Virus record (IMG/VR): IMGVR_UViG_3300035698_017588
Coordinates: 1 to 64,000 of that record
DNA: 64,000 nucleotides
Source of the DNA: a virus
Direction: 5' to 3' (one strand)
The notes beneath the pieces were generated by a model. It was not told the origin of the DNA. It saw only the letters and a list, made by a program, of their open reading frames with translations, and made no database searches. The translations under genes were made by a program, and so were the position numbers. Below, in pieces: positions 36,108 through 46,620 of the stretch (positions are counted from its first letter, which is position 1; every line of letters starts with the position of its first letter).

Positions 36108-37222
36108 ACATCACCCAAGATCTTGAAGGAAATACCACGATCAGTGCAATGCTCTATGATCCTAGTCATAAAAGTCTGACGTTTAATGGATTCAGAATTA
36201 TCGCCAGCTGCGACCAAAGCACTGAACACACTATTAGAATTGACCAGGATAGACTTTGGAGAGCACGACACCAAGATCTCAATGGCAGTCAGCATATTAT
36301 TGGAAGAGACAGAAAAGGGCGGTGCGAAATTGATATTCGACGTGAACTGCTTAACTGCGAACGTCCCAACCGGACCCAAAGACGGAGTGAACAAAGGTCC
36401 CGGACTAGTATGGTCAAGCAAGACTATCTGTGCGAATGTTCGAGACATATCGAATTCCGTGATCATCGCACCCGGCAAAGCGAAATAAAAATCCGCGTCG
36501 ATATCGGGGTCCAAAGCAAAAGTCAAATAATTATACTGACAAAATTGATAATCATTCGAATAAGAGTCAGTCAGCAATACATCATTACCACGGACCTTAT
36601 CAAAAAGTTTAATAAACCCGTCGCGGTTTGAATTGTGAACTCCGGTCATTGAACCACGAGATTGTGTAACAACGATCTCGTCTTTTTCAGTAGACAACAA
36701 GTAGTCTAAAGATTGGCGTGAATAATTCGACGACAATGAAGCCCTAACTGTTGGCAACGCTTCTCGGAATTTAACAGATGCGAGCCACCCTTCCAAGACT
36801 GAAACATCATATGACTTAGGGTGCAGCAGTAAACTCAATTCTAAAAACAAGTCGGTGATGTTAGTACACCGATGCAATAATCGTGCCAACGTGCCCTTAT
36901 GAGCTATTAAACCGAACGGGATAAAATCCGGCTTAACATCGACATTCGTCAAAACCGGTTGAGTCTTCAAATTAGCTTGGAGAGCAACGTGGTTAATCTT
37001 CTTGCCGAATGGGTTCTGGATTTTAGAACTAAATGGCAAGATCTGAGGAACATACATTGCTTTCACATTTGTAGTATCAAAATCAGCCGGTGGTTCCAAG
37101 CACTGATACGACAAGTCTGCAATCATTACCCATTCTGTTGGAGATTTCCGGACTTTATCAAAGAGCCCAGAAATAGACAATCCATCAGAAAACTTGATAC
37201 GATGTAATTCTTGATATTTCAT
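36089..37222 (-). CDS. hypothetical protein
   Basis: 377-aa ORF; no motif recognised. Confidence 0.65.
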   Translation of the reverse strand: MKYQELHRIKFSDGLSISGLFDKVRKSPTEWVMIADLSYQCLEPPADFDTTNVKAMYVPQILPFSSKIQNPFGKKINHVALQANLKTQPVLTNVDVKPDFIPFGLIAHKGTLARLLHRCTNITDLFLELSLLLHPKSYDVSVLEGWLASVKFREALPTVRASLSSNYSRQSLDYLLSTEKDEIVVTQSRGSMTGVHNSNRDGFIKLFDKVRGNDVLLTDSYSNDYQFCQYNYLTFALDPDIDADFYFALPGAMITEFDMSRTFAQIVLLDHTSPGPLFTPSLGPVGTFAVKQFTSNINFAPPFSVSSNNMLTAIEILVSCSPKSILVNSNSVFSALVAAGDNSESIKRQTFMTRIIEHCTDRGISFKILGDVCQLSG

Positions 37223-37250
37223 AGATTAATAATACAGTGTGGATTTACAC

Positions 37251-38759
37251 TCAACATTCGCCGGATTCCGGAAAGATAAAGTAATCATCCTGACAACACT
37301 CATCACCAGTTGGCTCTTTAGGACGAACCAACTCGTAAGGATATCTACCGGGTCGAACGCCCTCTGGGCCATACCATTTGAGATCTTCTGAACATGCTGC
37401 AGCATCAGTCCCAGAAATCCAATCGAATTCATGTTTTTCAAATGAACGGCGAGTGAAGCATCCGTCTTGAGGTTCCCATTGTTGTAGATCTGGGTCCTCG
37501 ACTTCTACTTCAGGAAATGCATTAGACAAAGGCGTCGTCTTTTTTATAGCTGTCGCTACACGTTCCACAGCAACATACCGGCCTTCAACTATAGGCCGAG
37601 TAGTGGTAGTACCAGCCAAAATATCAGTCGTAATCAACTGAAAAGCATCTTGAGAAACCAAACGAGTATAATTGACATAAAAAGTGTCATTCTCGCAGTC
37701 CAACCGAAAATGAGTCAAAGTCCCATCAGGACGAACATTCGAATCATCTGGGAATTCACAAGGCTCAGTCCGGATAAAACCGTCCGGAATATCACCACGA
37801 TCACCAGTGGGACCACGTTGACGGGCTTTCCAAACAGTTTCTTCGGGCCAACCACCGGGAATTTCGAATTTGAGAAGTCCGATATTTTGATCAAATTCGA
37901 TCACAATATCATCTGGATTAGCCCCGATGCCATTGACCACTATTTCAAAAGAGCCATCTACTGGATTAATATCCAACTGGAAAATGACATTAGGCACAAG
38001 ATTCAAGGAATTCGTCACAGTTTGTGACAATGCGATATTTGGACCAGTCGTAAGACCTAGAGACTGGTCAATTATTTGCTGGCGTAAACGTGAGAAAACC
38101 GTTTTCTCTTCATCAGCAACAAAAGGGCTGCCAATCACATCAATCCAATATACCAACTGGTCCCCGAACGAAAACGAACCAGGGATTTCATAAAACCCGA
38201 AAAACCTAAGGCTAATAGGTGTGATTGTAGGATGATTAAAATACGTCCCAATCGGAATAGGAACATAAGCTTGGCCGGTAACGACATCATTAACCTTAAA
38301 AGGATAATATGTCGCCTCATTTGGGGCCGGAATACCAACCTCACCATCAGGACCTTGCTCGCCCTGGGGGCCTCGATCGCCAATACAGAGATATCGGTAG
38401 TAATAAGCGACGAGCTTTTGTTCGTTGACGTCGATATTGATTTCGCCATTACCACGATAGCGAATATCGATTAGCCCGTCAGGACTGTAGAAATAATAGT
38501 AATATGCGTCAGTGCCAGGAGCGATCTTGAAAACGGAAACATCAAGACCTTGAAGAGAATCCTGCAGCGTAACGAGCTTGTTATAAATTACCGGTGTGAT
38601 CAACCCATCCTGGACAGGCGATGCAAGAGGAATCAACTCATTCAGCTCATTCTGCACCCAACGAATAGATCCGCTTTGATACCGCCACTCAATTCCATTT
38701 GTGTCGACAAACAGTTGACCGTTTATCGGATTACGAGGGAATTTAGTGACAGCTGCCAT
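37251..38759 (-). CDS. putative virion/tail-fibre protein with short collagen-like segments
   Basis: FPRNPINGQLF...W.Y...W, LASPVQDGLI, GDRGPQGEQGPDG and GPTGDRG triplets. Confidence 0.6.
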   Translation of the reverse strand: MAAVTKFPRNPINGQLFVDTNGIEWRYQSGSIRWVQNELNELIPLASPVQDGLITPVIYNKLVTLQDSLQGLDVSVFKIAPGTDAYYYYFYSPDGLIDIRYRGNGEINIDVNEQKLVAYYYRYLCIGDRGPQGEQGPDGEVGIPAPNEATYYPFKVNDVVTGQAYVPIPIGTYFNHPTITPISLRFFGFYEIPGSFSFGDQLVYWIDVIGSPFVADEEKTVFSRLRQQIIDQSLGLTTGPNIALSQTVTNSLNLVPNVIFQLDINPVDGSFEIVVNGIGANPDDIVIEFDQNIGLLKFEIPGGWPEETVWKARQRGPTGDRGDIPDGFIRTEPCEFPDDSNVRPDGTLTHFRLDCENDTFYVNYTRLVSQDAFQLITTDILAGTTTTRPIVEGRYVAVERVATAIKKTTPLSNAFPEVEVEDPDLQQWEPQDGCFTRRSFEKHEFDWISGTDAAACSEDLKWYGPEGVRPGRYPYELVRPKEPTGDECCQDDYFIFPESGEC

Positions 38760-39862
38760 CAATCTACGCCTATGTTATCAACTGTGTACAGTGAATCGCC
38801 TTCATGGATAATCTCACTGTTTAGCTGCTCCATTAAAGACTTATTATATTTATCTGCGTGTTTATCACGATCAAAATATCGGCTAAAGAGATCTTGAACT
38901 TGCATCCTGGACGGAGCACCATGACCCCTATTAACTTCGGGCTCAAGGGAATCTTTCAGTCGAAGGAATCTGACGACCTTTGCTCCCTTATCCAACAATT
39001 CTTTCCGGTATTGAGTCGTCAAATCATCAGGGAGATACTGCTCCGCAATAATCCGAAAATGATTCCCCATCACATCATGTTCCGATAAACCAGCCACATC
39101 ATCAAGACCAATCGTTAACATATGAGGGGGAATCATCTGGCCAGGATTATCAGTGTACATCAGAGGACGCAAATCCACGAAGCTATGCTTCCCGGTGTCA
39201 CAATCGTATTCAACAAAACCATGGGGCACAACACCCTCATCGAATGAGAAAGGAATCGGCGACCCCACATAGTGAGTCTTCACGCCAGCCCGATGATAAC
39301 AATGAAAATGTCCGGTGAAGACCTGACCAGCCGCTCGGTGGTCGAAATTAATGGCCTTTTGTTCTTGGAATAAGAAGCAAAGGTTGTACGAGGCCCCGAT
39401 ACATCCAATGTGAGTGAGTAAAACGTCGCTTTGGCGACATTCCTTGTCGATCTCGTCGACGACGTCCATATAAGCCTTGTCGACGGCGATGAACGGGATC
39501 ATCCAAAATCGACGGTCAAATAACTCGACGCGATGAATGTCTTCCAGCACGTGACAGACGTCCGCTAACGGTCGGAGTGATGTGATTTTCCAGTTGTACT
39601 TGTAGTACATGTCATGATTGCCTGGAAAGACATACCATTCTTGATCGTATTCTCTTTTCGTAGCCGCGAGAAACTCATAAACGACGTGCATCACTTCAAC
39701 GTTAATTGACTCACGATCATGGAAGAGATCACCCAAAACAAAAACGTGTTTAATACCGTTCTTCTGGGCGTAACTCCGAATCGATTTCGCTGCCATCAAA
39801 ATGTCTTTGGTCCGACCGTGAAGACCAAAATGAAAATCTGCCGTTAAAAGGACTTTGCTCAT
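38759..39862 (-). CDS. SbcD/Mre11/gp47-like nuclease
   Basis: ADFH, GDLFH, PGNHD, LTH, GHFH, YVGSP metallophosphoesterase motifs. Confidence 0.92.
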   Translation of the reverse strand: MSKVLLTADFHFGLHGRTKDILMAAKSIRSYAQKNGIKHVFVLGDLFHDRESINVEVMHVVYEFLAATKREYDQEWYVFPGNHDMYYKYNWKITSLRPLADVCHVLEDIHRVELFDRRFWMIPFIAVDKAYMDVVDEIDKECRQSDVLLTHIGCIGASYNLCFLFQEQKAINFDHRAAGQVFTGHFHCYHRAGVKTHYVGSPIPFSFDEGVVPHGFVEYDCDTGKHSFVDLRPLMYTDNPGQMIPPHMLTIGLDDVAGLSEHDVMGNHFRIIAEQYLPDDLTTQYRKELLDKGAKVVRFLRLKDSLEPEVNRGHGAPSRMQVQDLFSRYFDRDKHADKYNKSLMEQLNSEIIHEGDSLYTVDNIGVD

Positions 39863-42695
39863 GTCTGAAACAATTCCAGCTCAAGTAATTGATGAAAATC
39901 TGATCGATGCCTGTTTCCCAATGGAAACCTATCGACCACAACAAAAAGAAGTAATACAAGGGATAGTTCGTTCAATCAACGCAGGCTACAAGTACATCAT
40001 TGCCGAATGCCCAACCGGAAGCGGCAAAAGCCCAATCGCTGTGGCAATCGGAGCCCTAGCAGGAACCGAACGTGCTTACTACATCACAACCACAAAACAC
40101 CTGCAGGACCAGATCGAAACGGACTTCCCAACCGTCGTCACGCTCAAAGGCCGCAATGCCTATCCTTGCACCGCATACCAGAACTTCCAGACTCGACTCT
40201 ACACGATCCTGGGAAAAGACCGGTACACCCAACAAGCAGGTCAAGAACTCAGCTGCGACGAAGGATACTGCAAAACCAACACCGGCAAAGCCAGCTGCAG
40301 CATGTGCCTCCCAAGCCAAGAGGACAAAGACTCAGGCCGAGTCCAACTGCCACAGGACATGAACTACAGCTTCTGCCCATACTACGAAAAGCTCTACGGC
40401 GGGATCAACGCCCAAACCTGCTCGATGAACTTCAACAACTTCATCCTGCACCTGAACGCCGGGCACCGATTCTCCAAACGCAAAATCCTCATCATCGACG
40501 AATGTTTTCATGCACACACATTCATCGAAACAGAAATTGGAAGAATTCCAATTGGAAAAATAGTAAACCAAAATCTGCAAGTAAGGGTAAAAAGCTGGAA
40601 TTTCGAAGAAGAAAAATTCGAATATAAACGAGTCACCAGATGGCTAAAAAGAGATGAAAACCAGACATTCAGAGTTCTGGCTGGCAACAGAATAATGTAT
40701 CCCACTATGGACCATAAGATTTATACCCCAAATGGTTTAAAAAAGTTGTCTGATTTAAGGATCGGAGACCAAGTCATGGTAAATCAAAATCAGATCACAG
40801 ATGACCAAGAACAATTGGTCTTAGGGTCCTTGTTGGGTGACGCATCACTTGATATTGTCGAATCAAAAAGAATTTCGAAAAAACATGTCAATAAAGGCAA
40901 TAGAGCAAGAATAAGTTTTCGACATGGGCCGAAACAATATGAATACTTGCTTTGGAAACATTCTTTATTAAAAGGACACGTCGGAAATAAACCCAAACTA
41001 GAAAAATCGAAAGGTTTTGGAAAAACAACAGCCAGATTCCAAACAAATTGCGGGTTTTATGATACGATCATGCCGACAATATTAGGCGGTCGTAAAACAC
41101 CAAAAGATTCATGGTTGAATAAAATCGGACTACTCGGTCTGGCAGTGTGGTACATGGATGATGGTGGAAAATCGAATGAGACGTGCAGATTTCACACTCA
41201 AGGATTTGATTATTCAGAAGTGGTTACATTAAGAAATTGGTTAACAACCAAATGGGATCTTGCAGCCAGCGTGCACGAAGAGAAAAAAGAAGATGGGAGA
41301 ATCTATTTCTATATCTCATTAAACAGACAATCATCAAGAAGGCTAATGTGGATTATATCAAAATTTGTGCCAACACATATGAGATATAAATTACTTGAAT
41401 TCAAAAAATGCAATCAAGACGGGGTTTTAGACAAGTCCATTGAGAACGATTCATGGCCTCAATACAACGACCAAATAGAAAATCAAGATGTAAAAGAAAC
41501 GACATTTCAACCGATCATCTCGATCGATCAGTATAAATATGATTACACCTATGACTTAGAAGTAGAGGATAATCATAATTATGTTGCAGGAAACACTGTT
41601 GTTTCTAATTGCCACAACACCGAAGCCAAGCTGCTTGATTATCTCGAATGTACAGTGAGCAGCCGACACATCGAAACCAAAATCCCAGAACTCACCAACC
41701 CGATGCAATACGTCACATGGTTGCAACAGATCGGGGCGTTGCAATATCTCAAGGACAAAATCGAAACAGCTCGGGAAAGCCAAAATCTCCGGATGATGAC
41801 GACTTATGAGGGACTGTTCAAGAAGTACATCAATATGATGATCGAGGTCAAGGAAGATCCAACAGGGTGGGTCGTCGAGTACGAAGAAGACAAGAAAACG
41901 GACACGACCAAAGCGACTCTCAAACCGATTTTCGCTCACCGGGCTGCGAAGAATTTTCTATTCAAGTTCGCTGATCACATCGTCTTCTTGAGTGCGACGA
42001 TTCTCAATGCTAAGACTTTCGCACGAAACCTTGGAATCCAAGAGGGAGAATACGCCGCTATGCGTATCCCATCGCAATTCCCGATTGTTAATCGCCCGAT
42101 CACGACTGATTTCGCCGGTCGATTCACTGGTGGCAAAGCCAAAATGAACCAATGGATCGGTGATATGTCTAATAAGGTAGTCGATATCGCACTCCGTTAC
42201 AAAGAGCATCGCGGGATCATCCACACTCACTCATTCGGCATTCAACGAGCCCTCATCGAGAAGCTTCCACCGGTAGTGAGTAATCGATTGATTCAACAAT
42301 TCGATTTTCAGACCAAAACCGAAATGATCGAAGCCCATGCGAAACGTCCGGGCTCTATTATCATCGCACCGGCCATGCATGAAGGTGTCGACTTGAAGGA
42401 TGATCTGAGCCGATTCCAGATCCTTTGCAAGGTGCCTTTCGCCAATTTCTACGAGAACAAGCAACTCGAAGCTCGAATGGAGCTTGACTCAGAATATTAT
42501 GACTACATTACCATACTCAAAATTATACAAAGCGTAGGGCGCAGTGTTAGAAGTATGACAGATTGGGCAGATACTTTTATTATTGACGAGTCTTTTGACC
42601 GAATTTATCGGAATAATCAAAATTCTTTTCCATTGTGGTTCAAAGAAGCCGTAACCAAGGAGATACCAAATGTCCGCAAAAAGGAAAAGATTTAA
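39861..42695 (+). CDS. DinG/XPD-like helicase containing an intein
   Basis: FP..YRPQQ Q motif, CPTGSGKS, LKGRNAYPC, CPYY, IIDE|..|CHN, LSAT, EGVD, KVPF, QSVGRSVRS. Confidence 0.92.
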   Translation: MSETIPAQVIDENLIDACFPMETYRPQQKEVIQGIVRSINAGYKYIIAECPTGSGKSPIAVAIGALAGTERAYYITTTKHLQDQIETDFPTVVTLKGRNAYPCTAYQNFQTRLYTILGKDRYTQQAGQELSCDEGYCKTNTGKASCSMCLPSQEDKDSGRVQLPQDMNYSFCPYYEKLYGGINAQTCSMNFNNFILHLNAGHRFSKRKILIIDECFHAHTFIETEIGRIPIGKIVNQNLQVRVKSWNFEEEKFEYKRVTRWLKRDENQTFRVLAGNRIMYPTMDHKIYTPNGLKKLSDLRIGDQVMVNQNQITDDQEQLVLGSLLGDASLDIVESKRISKKHVNKGNRARISFRHGPKQYEYLLWKHSLLKGHVGNKPKLEKSKGFGKTTARFQTNCGFYDTIMPTILGGRKTPKDSWLNKIGLLGLAVWYMDDGGKSNETCRFHTQGFDYSEVVTLRNWLTTKWDLAASVHEEKKEDGRIYFYISLNRQSSRRLMWIISKFVPTHMRYKLLEFKKCNQDGVLDKSIENDSWPQYNDQIENQDVKETTFQPIISIDQYKYDYTYDLEVEDNHNYVAGNTVVSNCHNTEAKLLDYLECTVSSRHIETKIPELTNPMQYVTWLQQIGALQYLKDKIETARESQNLRMMTTYEGLFKKYINMMIEVKEDPTGWVVEYEEDKKTDTTKATLKPIFAHRAAKNFLFKFADHIVFLSATILNAKTFARNLGIQEGEYAAMRIPSQFPIVNRPITTDFAGRFTGGKAKMNQWIGDMSNKVVDIALRYKEHRGIIHTHSFGIQRALIEKLPPVVSNRLIQQFDFQTKTEMIEAHAKRPGSIIIAPAMHEGVDLKDDLSRFQILCKVPFANFYENKQLEARMELDSEYYDYITILKIIQSVGRSVRSMTDWADTFIIDESFDRIYRNNQNSFPLWFKEAVTKEIPNVRKKEKI
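40503..41609 (+). mobile_element. intein with LAGLIDADG endonuclease in the helicase Walker B motif (369 aa)
   Basis: CFHAHT start, PTMDH, GSLLGDA, WYMDDG, YDLEVEDNHNY...VSN|C; AT-rich. Confidence 0.93.
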
Positions 42696-44181
42696 TTGCC
42701 ATAAATGCGGAAAATCATCAGAAAAAACCGTTCCCAATTTTTACAAACAACTTAAAATCTACGGTTGTTCATATTGCACAGATTGTGCTATAAAGATAAG
42801 GAATTCTAATAACTCAAAAAGAGAAAAAGAAAGAAATAAATCGAAGATAAAGAATAAAGATCTTGTTGGGGCAATATGTGAGAAATGCGGGCAAACCAGA
42901 TCGATTCAATATAGATTAGCAAAACAATCTAAACTATGCTACTCTTGTGCGGCCAAAGAATCACATAGATCACATCGCGATTCATATTTAATAGGACAAG
43001 ACAAACTAAAAAACAATAATAATTTCAAAAAACTAGTATCAAATGGTATAATGGCGGCTTCAACGCCAGAACAAAGATCAGAGAACGCAAGAAAATCTGC
43101 TGAATATTGGAATAATCCAGAAATTAAAGAATGCATCTTAAAAAGACGCATGGAGCCCGAATACCGCAAAACCATGAGGGAAATTTGGGATAGACCGGGA
43201 TATAGAAAAGCGGCCTCAAAAAGAGCCAAAGAACACTTTAAAAAGTTGTGGCAAAACGAAGAATTCCGAAACAAAATGGCAATAGCAAGAAGCAAAATGC
43301 CTAGGGAATCAAGCCAACAAAAGATTCTTTCGAATATACTCGATGATCTTAATATAGAACATTTCAAGGAATACCCAATAGGACCTTGGTGTTTTGATTC
43401 ATTCATCCCAGAACATAACTTATTAATAGAAGTACAGGGAGAATATTGGCACTCACTACCAAAGGCTATTAGAAACGATAGATCGAAGAGAACATATATT
43501 ACTAATTATACCGACTACGATGTGTTGTATTTATATGAAAGAGACTTTTATTCCAACAACACTGTCCTGAATAAATTATTAAGTAAATTCGGCATATCTT
43601 CTGTAGATGAAAAAAAATTTGATTTTTCAAATGTATCAATAAAAGTAGAAGAAAATAAGACCATTTCAGAATTTTTATATTCATATCATTATCTCGGGAC
43701 AATAACACACAGTAACAATATTTGTTTTTATCTCAATGATGAATTAATAGCGGTTGGGTGTATAGGGCCATGTTCAAGAAATGAAACGCCAAAAAGACAC
43801 GGCTTAACCAACAATGAATGTCGAGAATTAAGAAGATTTTGTATAAAACCTGGATATCATAAGAAAAATTTCGCTAGCTGGTGTTTGAGTAGAATAAGGT
43901 CAGAACACAAAGAATCAAGACCAAAAACAAAAAGAATTTATAGTTTCGCCGATAGCACCATGGGGCACAATGGCACAATCTATAAAGCGGATAACTGGAT
44001 ATATGATGGTGACACTCAGCCATCATATTATTATATCAGTAATAATGGTTGGGTTATGCACAAGAAAAGCCTGTATAATATGGCCATAAAAATGGGTTTA
44101 AAAGAAAAAGAGTATGCAGAATTACATGGATACGCAAAGCAACATACAGATAATAAATCAAGGTTTTATAAAGACATCTGA
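42670..44181 (+). CDS. free-standing endonuclease (Zn fingers + Vsr/DUF559) fused to a Mom-like GNAT domain
   Basis: CHKC/CEKC, FDSFIP...IEVQGEYWH; C-terminal YHYLG...ELRRFC...SFAD...GH.GTIYKADNW.Y.G. Confidence 0.8.
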   Translation: MSAKRKRFNCHKCGKSSEKTVPNFYKQLKIYGCSYCTDCAIKIRNSNNSKREKERNKSKIKNKDLVGAICEKCGQTRSIQYRLAKQSKLCYSCAAKESHRSHRDSYLIGQDKLKNNNNFKKLVSNGIMAASTPEQRSENARKSAEYWNNPEIKECILKRRMEPEYRKTMREIWDRPGYRKAASKRAKEHFKKLWQNEEFRNKMAIARSKMPRESSQQKILSNILDDLNIEHFKEYPIGPWCFDSFIPEHNLLIEVQGEYWHSLPKAIRNDRSKRTYITNYTDYDVLYLYERDFYSNNTVLNKLLSKFGISSVDEKKFDFSNVSIKVEENKTISEFLYSYHYLGTITHSNNICFYLNDELIAVGCIGPCSRNETPKRHGLTNNECRELRRFCIKPGYHKKNFASWCLSRIRSEHKESRPKTKRIYSFADSTMGHNGTIYKADNWIYDGDTQPSYYYISNNGWVMHKKSLYNMAIKMGLKEKEYAELHGYAKQHTDNKSRFYKDI

Positions 44182-44275
44182 GTCTTTCAACCGCGTCTAC
44201 CGCAATAATCAAAGCTCGTTCCCTCAGTGGTTCAAAGAAGCGGTAACTGACATTATCCCAAAGGTCGACAGATAA
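44180..44275 (+). pseudogene. orphaned duplicate of the helicase 3' end
   Basis: Encodes ESFNRVYRNNQSSFPQWFKEAVTDIIPKVDR*, matching ESFDRIYRNNQNSFPLWFKEAVT at 42588-42656 (19/23 aa). Confidence 0.85.
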
Positions 44276-44276
44276 T

Positions 44277-46088
44277 ATGCTTGAAATTGCTAAATTCTCA
44301 TGGTCCAATTACTTAAGCTTCGGTGATTACGTATCAACCGTTGACTTGACCAATTTGAAAGAGTGCTTCATAACCGGGACCATTGAAGACGAAAACGGCA
44401 ATCTGCTCGATGGACGATCCAACGGAGCCGGTAAGAGTAATGTCATTTCGGCCCTTCAATGGACGCTTTTTGGTCGCACCACTCACTCAGCCAACCCCGG
44501 CAATAAAATCAGAAACTGGGGCAGTAAAGCGGATACGTGGGGCAAGGTGGTCCTCGAAAACGGCGATAACATCCTCAGAACACGCACAGCAGATGGAACC
44601 ACGGAAGTCACCTTCTATCACGCTGGAGAAGAAACGTGTGCAACAGCCGACACACTTGGCACGCTCAAAGCACAACAAGCCAAGCTGAACCAAGCATTCA
44701 AGCTCGATTGGGATATCTTCTCCAAAAGCGTTTTCTTTTCATGCTTCGACAAGCCCTGGTTACAAATGAGTGACCAGAAGCGGAAAGAGGTTTTAGAAAA
44801 GCTGCTCAAGTTGGATAGATTGGGATATTACGCCAAGAGTGCTCAAGCGAGAGCCGGTGCTGATACCAGAGATCTTGAGACACAAAAGACTGAAATCAGC
44901 AGCAGAATCCGATTCTTAACCGATCTAAAGACACAGACAGAAGCCCAGAAGAATGCTGCAGACCAATTTGAAGTCAACCGCACTAATCGTATCAACGCCA
45001 AAATCCAACAAAAGAACGACACACAGGTCCAGCTTGACCAATGCCAAGTATACGATATTGAATTAGTACGTGGGTGCTGGGAGCGATATAATGCTCTCAA
45101 GGCCCAAATGACCGAGAAGATCAACGCAGTCCAGACTAACAGGACCAAGACGGCGAATAGCTATAATTATTCTATGCGGCGGGTGGCGGATCTTCAACGA
45201 GAGATCATGGCGTGGGAGAGCAAGAAAGGTACTACGTGTGCGTCTTGCGGTCAGCCGGTTGCCGATGGTCATGTTCATGAGCAAACGACGCCGAAGAGCG
45301 AAGAAAAGGCTTCCTTGGAGTCAACGTTGCCTGATCAAGCTGGTCAGATCGAAGCGATGGATGCGATGATCGCCAAGGTTCAAAAGGTAATGGTCGAACA
45401 AGCACCAAAGATCGAACTGAGCGTTGTAGAAGCAAACGAACGGTATCGGGTGAGCCTCCAGCATCAGATTCAAGGCTTTGATGCCGAGATTGTTCGGATT
45501 CAAGAAGAGGTCGCTCCGAACGTCCAGGCGATGGATGAACTCAAGTCATCGTTGGGTCGGATTAAGCAGGAGATCGGCGAATGTCAGAAGAAGGTCGGAA
45601 TTCTCGAAGAGAGAATCATCCACCTTGAGTACATCCGCAAGGCTTATAGCGATCGATCGAAAGTCAAGAGGGATATTGTCGGACAGCATATTCCCCTAAT
45701 CAATGAAAGACTTCGGTATTACTTGGATGTAATGGAGCTTGAAGTCAAAGTACAATTGACTGATAGTCTTGGAGTAGAGAGTAATTATTGGGGGTACGAT
45801 TTTCAGAGTAATGGTGAGAAACGTCGTACTGATGTGGCGATGATGCTAGCTACTTATGACCTCCATGAGCAATTGTATGGGCGTCAGTGCAATATGCTTG
45901 TTCTTGATGAGGTTGATGGTCAAATGGATCGTCAGGGGATCAACGCACTGATACATATTATTAAGAATGATTTGGTCAATCGTGCCGGATCGGTTTTTAT
46001 CATTTCGCACAATAATACAATGCAGAGTGTATTCGGAAGCGAAATTAAAGTACGCAAGCGTGCTAAGTTGTCATACCTAGAGTCATAA
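44277..46088 (+). CDS. SbcC/Rad50/gp46-like ATPase
   Basis: NYLSFG, GRSNGAGKS, CASCGQ zinc hook, QSNGEKRR signature, LVLDEV, IISH. Confidence 0.93.
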   Translation: MLEIAKFSWSNYLSFGDYVSTVDLTNLKECFITGTIEDENGNLLDGRSNGAGKSNVISALQWTLFGRTTHSANPGNKIRNWGSKADTWGKVVLENGDNILRTRTADGTTEVTFYHAGEETCATADTLGTLKAQQAKLNQAFKLDWDIFSKSVFFSCFDKPWLQMSDQKRKEVLEKLLKLDRLGYYAKSAQARAGADTRDLETQKTEISSRIRFLTDLKTQTEAQKNAADQFEVNRTNRINAKIQQKNDTQVQLDQCQVYDIELVRGCWERYNALKAQMTEKINAVQTNRTKTANSYNYSMRRVADLQREIMAWESKKGTTCASCGQPVADGHVHEQTTPKSEEKASLESTLPDQAGQIEAMDAMIAKVQKVMVEQAPKIELSVVEANERYRVSLQHQIQGFDAEIVRIQEEVAPNVQAMDELKSSLGRIKQEIGECQKKVGILEERIIHLEYIRKAYSDRSKVKRDIVGQHIPLINERLRYYLDVMELEVKVQLTDSLGVESNYWGYDFQSNGEKRRTDVAMMLATYDLHEQLYGRQCNMLVLDEVDGQMDRQGINALIHIIKNDLVNRAGSVFIISHNNTMQSVFGSEIKVRKRAKLSYLES

Positions 46089-46092
46089 TTTC

Positions 46093-46620
46093 ATGCCAGT
46101 TGATCTAGATAATCTCAGAAGAGCCGCGAACTGCCATAAAGTACAGAAGAACCTGATTCATTATTTTATCGGCAAGGTCGGCAAAGAAAGTATGGGTAGG
46201 ATTGTTGATCCTAGCCAATTGGCCGATATAACTGTGCAGATCCCACAGCTTCACACGAAGTTGGAAATTGTGCCGAACGCTAAGGATTTAAAAATCCAAG
46301 ATGACCACCTATCATTAGAGTGGAATCTATTCGTTCTGGGCACGAAGAGAATGTTCCTGGGGCGTACGGCCCACCAGGATATTATGGCGACACTCCATAC
46401 TGTTAAGATGGGTGAACCTGTGAATAGGGTTCATGGTATCGAGTATGGGGTAAACCCGAAGCAGATTATTGCTTTTATTATTCGGGTGTTGAGTAAGCAC
46501 GAAGATGGCTACGTTCCTTGGGTGACACCTGAACGTAGTATCGATCAGGTACTCAACTTCGGAATGTTGGGGACAGGATATAGTCACTCAGCCGGTATGG
46601 CTGGTGACATTTATCGCTAA
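46093..46620 (+). CDS. hypothetical protein
   Basis: 175-aa ORF 4 nt after the SbcC-like gene. Confidence 0.6.
   Translation: MPVDLDNLRRAANCHKVQKNLIHYFIGKVGKESMGRIVDPSQLADITVQIPQLHTKLEIVPNAKDLKIQDDHLSLEWNLFVLGTKRMFLGRTAHQDIMATLHTVKMGEPVNRVHGIEYGVNPKQIIAFIIRVLSKHEDGYVPWVTPERSIDQVLNFGMLGTGYSHSAGMAGDIYR

Noticed and set aside
42670-44181. Group I intron carrying the endonuclease
   Set aside because: The upstream helicase is complete with its own stop, there is no non-coding room for a ribozyme core, and the duplicated 3' end explains the layout
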